Shown here piece after piece: positions 54,573-64,000 of a stretch of DNA of 64,000 nucleotides. The notes under the pieces were generated by a model, which was given only the letters and a program-made list of their open reading frames with translations, had not been told where the DNA came from and made no database searches. Source of the DNA: Camelus dromedarius (Eukaryota); the NCBI RefSeq assembly GCF_036321535.1, contig NC_087436.1, forward strand, positions 59,770,001 to 59,834,000. The letters run 5' to 3'. The number at the start of each line of letters is the position of its first letter. Position 1 is the stretch's first letter. The translations under genes and the position numbers were made by a program.

Positions 54573-56039
54573 TACCACTGCTTTCTAAACACCTTGCCTC
54601 AGAACATTGAGAATGGTATTTCCCTCACTCAGAAATGTTCTGCTCCCACCCCTCAAGTCTCAGCATGTTCCAGTCCTTGGGACCTCTCCCTCCTGCTGGA
54701 TTATTGTTGTGTGTCCCAAAGCCCAGAAACCATACCACATACATGACACATGAGTATTTAATATTTTCTTACCTGGTATACTGCTAGTATCTTTACTACT
54801 GATTGTAGCCATACTGTATTCCACCATCTAACACAGTAGTTGAACTTAGTAAGCATTCAATAAAATCAAATTAGGTGATAAAATTTAATAAAAAGACAAG
54901 ATAAATGGAAAAATAAATTCACTGAACATAGACATGAATTTGTGAAGATTCATTTTTAACATAATAAACTTGGCAACATCCCCTTTGCCATTGCACTAAA
55001 ATTCAGTAAAAGCATATTACTTTATGCCAAAATGTAATTAATATTTCAGTTTTTTAGGCAGCTTTATAAAGAGACATGTCTCTATCACCCAAGTGTATAA
55101 ATTCACAGAATTACTTTGTTACCTTAATTATTAATATAAACTACATAGTAGTATATAAAGGTACAAAAATATGGTGCTAATACATTCTATTAATAAAATT
55201 GTTTTAATACTTAAAGCCAGAAAAAAAAAAACCTTTCCATTTGTATATAATATGAGATTATGCTGTGTTAATGTTGTGTGAATACATTCCCAAATTAAAA
55301 TATAATTTATGATTGAAAGTTTAAAGGAGACACACTAATCACAAACTTGTATCATTTCATTGAGTCCTATTTTGAATTGCTGGCCATCTATCTAGAAATT
55401 TGTAATGAAATGAGAAATCATCATGTTATTTCATTAGTAAATAATGAACTATATAGACAACATTGTACTCTTTTCATATTTTTACTGTATTCATAACATC
55501 ATTATTTTAAGTTAATCTTTTGACTCAAAAAGTAATCTCAAAAATGAATGTCTCAAAGTAATATGTGCATAGAATCCTTTGTAAACTAAGTAGAAATTTT
55601 TTTTTAAATTCTCCCTGAACAAGAAAAACAATTCTTATCTTTAAAACAGTAGTAGTATACAAGCAGCTTTTGTTCTTAGGCATTAGTTTTGCTTTCAAAC
55701 AACTGGAAAAGAAAAATATAATTTTGTGCCTGGAATTGGAAAACTCATCCTTGACATCTGGATATATGAATAATAATAATACCACATTATTATTTTGTTT
55801 TGGTCATACAGATATAACTAATTGATAAACATCTCTCATCAACAAAGTACTGCTATGGGGAATAACATAATTGACAATCTCATCTTTAAGCTTTGATTTA
55901 TGTATCTTTGAAATATTTTCAAATAAATATTTCAAAAATTCTGAAGAATATTTTATTTTAGTGATTCTCACTGGTTCTGAATATTCAAATCATTGATAGT
56001 TTAAAAGTCCTGCATGTGACTCTTATGTGTGGCTAGAAT

Positions 56040-56265
56040 ACCCAGTAGAGTGGAAATAGTTTGGTTTTGGAACTGAGAAGGCACATGTTCTCATCCAGGT
56101 TTCACCACCTGACTGAGTACTTGATTAAAGCAGTGAACTTGATTGGACCTCAGGTTTCTCATGTACAAAGTGAAGATAATACTACCTCCTTCATTTGAAA
56201 ATTCTAAGAATTAAATTTTTAAAGTGTAAAACATTGCCAAATGTACACCAAGAGAAATTATTATT
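56040..56265 (+). mobile_element. MIR SINE
   Basis: Reads ggacctcaggtttctcatgtacaaagtgaagataatactacct. Confidence 0.6.
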
Positions 56266-58459
56266 ATTTCTTTCCTCTAGGTTTCAAATGGTAACACACT
56301 AATGCACTAACAAAGAATTGCAGATGAAAAGGCACAGAATATCTATTTTATCTTCCTGCCAAAAATCAGAAAATCAACCCAAGATGATTAGCCTAATTTC
56401 CTTTCTCATAGAGAACAAAAGCATGATAATCTACTGCCAATTAGGAATCTCAATTTATGAAATAAATATTCCATCCTTTAAGGTACTACAGCATGATTTT
56501 GGTGTCTCAGTATTTCTAAATAATAACAACAACAACAACGGTCAAAGAAAGAAAATATGATTTAAGACGCATCCCTGAATCCTCAGTTTGTGAGAGAGAG
56601 TAGATCCTGGATCAGATACAGTGATATGACCTTAATGTAAGATGTAGAGCTTCAAGAGTACCAGGGGCAGCAGGTTTAAGAGACCAATGGATTTAGTAAA
56701 ACCACTGGCTTTCATTAAAACTCTGTTCTTAAAAATAGATTTTAATTATTTATCATTTATATTTTTTCCTAAATTACAAATGTTAGCTACATGGAAACAC
56801 AAATCAAATTTAGTGCAAATATTGTGCACTTTAAAATGTTTTCCCAACTGAATAAATAACTCCATTAGAATGTATATTAAACACATTGGTAAATGCATTT
56901 AACGTGCCTTCATACAGTAGACTGGAAAACGTACATTTTTCTTAATTTGATCACAAAATGTTATAATTAGAAAATCTTAGAGATCATTTAGTGTAACGAG
57001 TAAAAGGAGATGCAGAAAATAAAAATGACTTATCCAAGATAACATCATAAGTAGTAGTGCTTATGTTGGAACACAAATGCTCTGACAAACAGTTGAGCTA
57101 TATTTTCCCATAAAAGGGTAATTTAGGAGAAACAAGTTAGTTCCTACAGCTTATCAGCTGTCACTTAGGAAAAACCTAAAAGAAAGCATTTTTTAAAGCA
57201 GGATTGAAGCAAAGGCAATGTTTTTTTTAGTTTATTCAACAAGGCAACACATTTTCTAATAGTTCCTGCATTGTATTCAGTTAACACTTTTGAATTCCAC
57301 ATTACCAACCTTACCTTTTTTCAAAAGAATAAAAACTATGTGTATAAAATCTCTTCATTATCATAATATTTAGTGGCACCAATCACAAATGATCCCACTT
57401 GGGAGATTCTGATATTTTAGGAAATTTTGGAGTTATCCTATAATCTTTCTAACTTGTACCATAGTCCAATAACTATCAGTCAGCACTAGAAGATTCTCCT
57501 TTATGGCTAACATATATCATCTCATGCTACACTTAAGCCCATTTCATTGCACACTATATTTCAACTATATTTCAATGTTTTTTTCTTCTTGTTGAATTTC
57601 CATTGAGACTCCAACTGAAGTCTTCTATTCTATTCTTCTACTACCTTCTACTAGTAACTACTGACAAATACATCTACCAATTCTCCCCTGACAGTTGCAG
57701 AAAAGCAACTGCACACTCCTGAAACACACACACACACACAAAAAGATCTGGAAAACTCTCTTCAAAGTGGGATTCTTGTGATTAACAGAAGAAAGGTATA
57801 ATTGACTACCTTCTTGACTGTCAACTATTCTAAATGCTGAAGAAGATTTAAAAACCAGACAATAGTTTAAAAGGAACAAGAAAAAAGATGAATGAACAAA
57901 CCTCATCACAGGAGATTCTTTAGGTAAGTTATAATTTGTTTGGAGTTAGGGGAAGGCAGTAATAAGGGAATGAAAGTGCTTAGCATTCTATTTAAATAAT
58001 ATTACTGATTTTAAGAGATACAATATGTCAGAACTGAGAAATCAAGTGAATGTTGCTTTCTTTATTTTAATCACCATGAGAAGCTCTGTATTTATTCCAA
58101 AAAAGTAGCAATAATAATACCCACTACCTTTATTGAGTACCAACTAGAAAGTGTTTTATACATGTTTCTTTTATTTACTTATCTTAAAACAGCAAGGCAA
58201 TTATTAATATACCATTTTGCATATGAAAAATTGGAGGCATCTCTGAGATCGCAAAATCTGTTACAAGTCTACATTGTGCAAGAGGTGGGATCAGATGGTA
58301 GCCCATTCATACAGTGTGTCCACTATTTCCACTTGGGCTCATTCTTTGTGGATGTCTTAAAATGTATTTAAAATCTATATTAGAAAGAAGCTAAGTAGAA
58401 CAAACATTAATTTATTTTATCATAAATCCTATAAGTTTAAATAAAAATATCAGTTAATT

Positions 58460-58581
58460 TTGTCCTTAGCCATAAATAATATGTAGCCAAATAGTCTTGG
58501 TTGTGTTCCAATAAAATTTCACTTATAAAAACATGTGGCAAGGTATATTTGGCACACAGTCCATAGTTCTCTAACTCCTGG
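58460..58581. mobile_element. MER58-like hAT-Charlie fragment (one end)
   Basis: Reads ggttgtgttccaataaaatttcacttataaaaaca.gtggc...ccatagtt...aactcctg. Confidence 0.7.
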
Positions 58582-58753
58582 ATTACACCAATGAAATTAG
58601 ACTAAGAAAAACTAGAAAAATCTGACATACAAAAATCCGTTGAAAGACATCAAAAAGCCTTGGAATATCAAAGACCTGAAAACTCAAGGTGTCAGAAAAA
58701 AATAAGCCAGAGAAGTAAATGTGACATTTGGTGCCACTTTTATCTTTTGAGCC

Positions 58754-59560
58754 TGTGACATTTTTATATATATTTGGTTTCTGCTCTGGTCTCCTAAGAC
58801 CCTTAGAATCCTCCAAGTAGTAAGTGTCTTTTTGTATGTTAATGAGATGACTGGTGGTTGGGGATTCCTAGATACCCAACCAGGAAGAGGGCTGGTTGCC
58901 AGTGGATCTAAACATGTGATTAGAAGGTTGGAACTTTCAGCCGCATATCCCAATCTCAGGTGAGGAAAAGGGGCTGGAGATGAACTTAATCGTCCATGCC
59001 CAATGATTTAATCAATCATGCATCCTTAATGAAGTAAGTTTTACAGAGAAGTCTCTGTAAAAATCATATACAAAGGCATTTGGAGAGTTTCTGGGTTGGT
59101 GTACACATGGAGAGAGGGCATGTAAGTTCCATGCTTCTTTCCCCACACCTTGTCCTATGCAATTATTTCATCTGGCTCTTCCTGACTTGTACTCTTTTAT
59201 AATAAAGCAGTAATGTAGCAAGTAAATTGTTTCCCTGATTCTATAAGCTGTTCTAGTAAATTACCAAACCAAAAGAGTGGGTTATGGGGCCTTACAATTT
59301 ATAGCTGGTTGGTCAGAAGCACAGGTGACAACCTAGACTTGAGACTGGTGTCTGAAACGGGGGCAATCTTGTGGGACTGAGCCCTTAGCTTGTGAAATCT
59401 GATGCTAATTCCTGATAGGTTGGTTCAGTATTGAACTGAACTGTAGAACACTAAGTTGGTGTCTGCAGAAAATTAAAGAATTGTTTGGGCTGTTTCTGGT
59501 TGGCCTGACGTCTAATGTCAAAAATGTTGAGTGTGGTGGAAAACTAGAGCTTGCCCTTTC
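58754..59560 (+). mobile_element. MER21-like LTR
   Basis: Motifs tgtgac...atatatttggt, gtatgttaatgagatgact, catgtgattagaaggttggaactttcagcc, caatgatttaatcaatcatgc and cttgtgggactgagccctta. Confidence 0.8.
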
Positions 59561-59899
59561 AGAGGCATTTGCAAATCTGAAAGCAAAACCTGAGAAGTTG
59601 AACAGAAAGGAGTGGTAGAGAATATGACAGATCTTATGCAGAGTTATCAGCAGTGGGACTGGGTTAGGGAGACAAAATTAGAATTCAAATATTTCAAGGA
59701 AAAGAGGTCTTGGGGAAACTCTGACTTTCCTTCCATTGTAAATCCCACCAGGTGCCCAATGACTAACATTCATCTTGGAATCACTCCTATGCCTGATTGG
59801 ATTGAGATAAAATCCCTAAAGTTTACCTATCTATAAAAGTAAACCTTTCTGCAGGAAGTTAATAAAATCCATAGCCTCAAATTACCCCATTTAGTTAAA

Positions 59900-61660
59900 C
59901 ATTAACAGGTCTACCAGGAGAGAAAACCAAATAAATAACAAGGAAAAAGGCAGATATATAAACATACCCAAAGGAGATCCAGATATAGAATTATAATGCA
60001 TGGATTTTAACCTAATTGTAACTAATATGTTTAAGAAATTATATGGCAAGATGGAAAATTTCAGCATAGAATTAAAAATTATGATACAAAATCAAATAGA
60101 CTGAAAGATACAGTAATTGAAATTTAATATCATGAGATGGGCTAACAGTGGATTCACTACAACTAAAGAGAGTACTAGTGAAGTGAAATATGGGTCAGAT
60201 GAAAATATTCATAATGAAACATGGAAAGGGTAAATAATAGAATCATGAGCCATAACGATGAGACATATAGTACATGGTGTAACATCAGCATATAAGTAAT
60301 TGGAATCGTAGAAGTAAGCAAGAGAGGACATGAGTAGAAGCAATATTGGATCAGAGGGTTTCAGGTCTAGCCACAGATTTGAACCAGAAGAAGAAAAAAC
60401 AGAAAAATAAAATTCTACATAAAGGTACATCAAACTACTAAAAGCCAAAGAAAAAGAAAGGTTGCAACCAACCATAGAAAGACACATTAGCTTCCAAAAA
60501 CCAATAATAAAAATGTAGCCAGAATGGAAGCCAGAAAAAAAAAGTGTTAAAAATACAAACAAGAGCAATCGTAGAATTCTATATCCATTAAAATATGCTT
60601 AAAAATGAAACTGAAATGGACATTTTAGGAAAAAAAGAATGAGACACAGTGACAGAAGGAATTCACCAACAATATAACCATACTAAGCAAACAGTAAGAA
60701 AGTTCTTCAAGCATTAGGACATTGGTCTCAGGCAGAAGCATAGAGGTGTAGGAACGTACAAAGTTCAAAGAAAATAGTAAATGTCTGGGTAAATCTTAAC
60801 AAATATTGAAGGCATAATAATAATTGAAGGCATAATAATAACTCATAATAATTGAAGGCATAATAATAACTCATAATAATTATGAGTATCTATCTGTAGA
60901 ATTAAAATACGTAACTAAAGATATGACTGAGAGATACAAGAAGTTAAGATATCAGTGGTTTAAGGTCCTAACATTACACAGAAAATTATGTAAGTATTTA
61001 TTTAAATTAATTTAATTAAATTAATTGAATTAGTTTTTTTAGGTGAAAGACATATGTTGTAATCTCTAGCATAACTGCTAAAAGAATAGTTTTAAAGTAT
61101 TATATAACTAACAAACTAATAAAAGAGGAAATGGAGTAATTAAAAAAATAACCCAAAGGGATACAAAAGGAAGCACAGAACAAGTGAGACAAATAGAAAA
61201 ACAAATGTTAAGAACATACATTTCAATTCAAATATTTCAGTAGCTACAATAAAGGCAAACAAATACAGTCTCCACTTAAAAGGTAAGGTTTCTAAAACTT
61301 ATAGTTTAAGGGGAAAAAAGGCAACTGTGTTCTTTTTATTAGAGAAACATGTAAAATATAAGGACAGAAAAATATTAAAAAATAAAAGAATGACAATACA
61401 CACAAGGTAAACAGTTACCAACTGAAATGAACAGCAATACTAATGAGAGACTAAGCAGACAACACAGGTTTAATAGAGATTAAACATAAATATATTATGA
61501 TAACTATACAAATTTGACCCATCCAATCATGTTGTTTTAAAATACATAAAACAAAAATTGACAGGAAAAATGGAGAAATAAAAATTCATATTCATAGTTG
61601 ATGGTTTTAATATAGTTCCCTCAGAAACTTACAGGATAAGCAGAGGAAATAAATCATCTG
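59900..61660 (+). mobile_element. Old L1 ORF1 region and start of ORF2 (endonuclease), heavily degraded
   Basis: A-rich strand with ORF1-like motifs (agatggaaaatttcagcatagaatt; gtaattggaatc.tagaag; tagaattctatatcca) and EN-like motifs near 61230-61650. No intact frame remains. Confidence 0.7.
60805..60887. repeat. Short tandem repeat of ATTGAAGGCATAATAATA(ACTCATAATA)
   Basis: Three copies of the 18-mer, two of them followed by ACTCATAATA. Confidence 0.9.
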
Positions 61661-63360
61661 AGGCATAAATATCTCTTATTGGGGGCATTATACATTCCAA
61701 GGGGCTTTAAAAATTTATTTTGTTGAACAACAACAATTTATAAAATTCTAAAAATAATGATATTGAATATCAACATGTCAAACAACTGAGTATCTTTTCT
61801 CTCACTAGGGAGACAGACAAAGCAGAAAGGTGTTCAAAACAATTTGAGGGTAATGGAAAATAAAAGAAATTAAAGTTTTTTCTAGACTTGAGGAAGTAGG
61901 ATGTCAGTAAAAGAAAAAGGCTAAGAATAACCTCACATAATCCTTTAAAATATGTTGTTATATGTATTCTGAGGATGTTTATTCTTCTATGCTTTGGATT
62001 TTCATGGATTTAAGGTATATCATTTAAAAAATGTTTAGGGTTGTCAGATAATATAAAATTAATAATGCCTCTGTTTGGACCAATCTTTCTATTTCTCAAC
62101 TGCATTCTGAATAAATTAATACCTATATCTTTATTTAAGTTATATTTCAAAGTTTTAAAGATAGTTTTAATACTGCCCAAACTGGTATCCATATAATTGA
62201 AAATTATAAAGAAATAGCCCACATCATAAGGACCAGTCTGAGAACACAATGAGTTTTCTCAGAAAGATCTAAATTAGACCACTTCAGACTGAAATTTTCC
62301 ACATCTGCTCATCCTTAGCCTCAGAGTTTCACAAATGCACTTCAAATATTAGAAAAAGAGAAACCTTTTGTCCTTATAGAATGGACAAAAGAAAAAGGCT
62401 TAAAAATATAGTATTTTAAATTTATTTGAAAGAAAAGAGAATAAAAACTTTCCAAAGTTCTCTTTTAACATCCCACAAACAGCTATCAAAAGCCATGAAA
62501 ATACATGCCATAAAGCACCCCACAAAATATGCTACAGAAATTTGTTCATAAAATGCATCTTCCACTTCATCAAACCAGGATTCTTTAGTTAAGGAGCAGC
62601 AGATATGGGGACCCTATTACAGAAGTTTATTTTGATTAATTATCCATAAATAAGATAAATAAAGAGTCACTGTACTTTTATTGAACCTGCTATATTTGAC
62701 ATGAGAAACACAGAACTAAAAATCATGTAGTTACACTGTCACAAATCACCAGGCAAGAGATTAAACACACTTTTTCCCAATAGTGTTATTAATGCTATCT
62801 ATAGGCACAAAATAGAGTGTATGATGTTTTTTATTCTGAAATATAAATAATTGTCAGAATAACCCAAATTTAAACATCCAAACTTATCATTTGATAAGAT
62901 TTTATTCTAAATGACTGTTGCTTCCTCTGTCTACTGAAATGAATTGAAATTCCTGAAGATAAAAATCAATCTCAATTTTATTTATCTTCTTCCTCTCCAC
63001 CTCCAACTAGCCAATGAAAAATCTATGACCTGGCAAGCCCAGCATCCTTTCTAAATCTCTTTTTCTGGCAAGAATACCATACTCAATCTTATACTTCCTA
63101 GTTTTGTGTGGCAACAGATTCCCAAAGACATTTAAGCTGGATGTGACTCTTCACTTACAAACGATGTGACTAACGTATCTCAAGGAACTGAGACAGGGTT
63201 AGGCATGTAACGAGGATAAATAAATGGTGTGGAATAAATGAATAAATGATTGAGAAAACTTTGTCTTCTATTAAAGAAAAGATACATCAGCAGATTTTTA
63301 AAAAATTTATGATGTTATGCAAATGCATAGAATACATTTTTAGAAATGCAGCAATGCATA

Positions 63361-63838
63361 CAGACATAACCTTGGAGATATTGAGGGTTTGATTCCAAAT
63401 TACCTTAATAAAGCAAATAATGCAATAAAGTGAGTCACACAAATTTTTTGGTTTCCTAGTATATATAAAAGTTATATTTGCACTATACTATATTAAGTGT
63501 GCAATACCATTACGTCTTTAAATAAAAACAATGTACACACCTTAATTTAAAAATACTTCATTGCTAAAAAAGCTAACCATCATCTGAGCCTTCAGTGAGT
63601 CAGAGTAATAACATCAAAGATCACCAAACACAGATCATCATAACATATAATAATAATAAAAAAAACTTTGAAATATTGTGACTTACCACAATGTGACACT
63701 GAGAAATCAAGTGAGCAAATGCTGTTGGAAAAATTGTGCCAACAGACTTGCTCCTTGCCACAAACATTCAATTTGTTAAAAAAAAGCAGTATCTGCGAAT
63801 TTCAATAAAGCAAAGTGCAATAAAATGAGGTGTGTCTG
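63361..63838 (-). mobile_element. Non-autonomous Tigger1 deletion derivative (second copy)
   Basis: TIRs are cagacataacct and gaggtgtgtctg, with TA at 63359-63360 and 63839-63840. It is colinear with 53364-53844. Confidence 0.92.
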
Positions 63839-64000
63839 TAGTTAGAAACAAGCAATGCATAGTCAAAATGGAAAAACACAAATATGTTCATTAAAAAATA
63901 TATTTACTAAATATTTGAAAACATGTTTAATATATAAGAAAAAGTTAAAAGAATCAAAAATATAAGAAGTTAGAATATAACATATAAAATGAGACAAAAA

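Noticed and set aside
1..64000. A novel multi-gene, defence or CRISPR-like system
   Set aside because: This is eukaryotic intronic DNA. It has no operon-like ORFs, no repeat-spacer array and no intact transposase, RT or env gene.

Overview
AT-rich, CpG-poor mammalian genomic DNA, most likely from a camelid (alpaca/llama/camel). That call rests on a Vic-1-type tRNA-derived SINE and the 3' UTR of a young L1, both recognised from memory rather than by search. The window is almost all intron of one large minus-strand gene. Its only supportable coding exon is 78 bp (20139-20216, phase 0-0, SADMSPASSTASLPVSPLTEEPLPFK), which I recognise as CCSER1/FAM190A. The rest is interspersed repeats: L1, L2, MIR, MaLR/ERVL/ERV1 solo LTRs, two Tigger1 deletion derivatives and hAT fragments. 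The listed ORFs are L1 remnants or chance. I found no convincing evidence of a new biological system. The best second-look items are a pre-miRNA-sized hairpin (27032-27104), a tiny twin-primed L1 (29535-29630), sense-oriented L1 tails beside the exon, a uniform LTR orientation bias and several nested insertions. Repeat subfamily names and the boundaries of old repeats are approximate.
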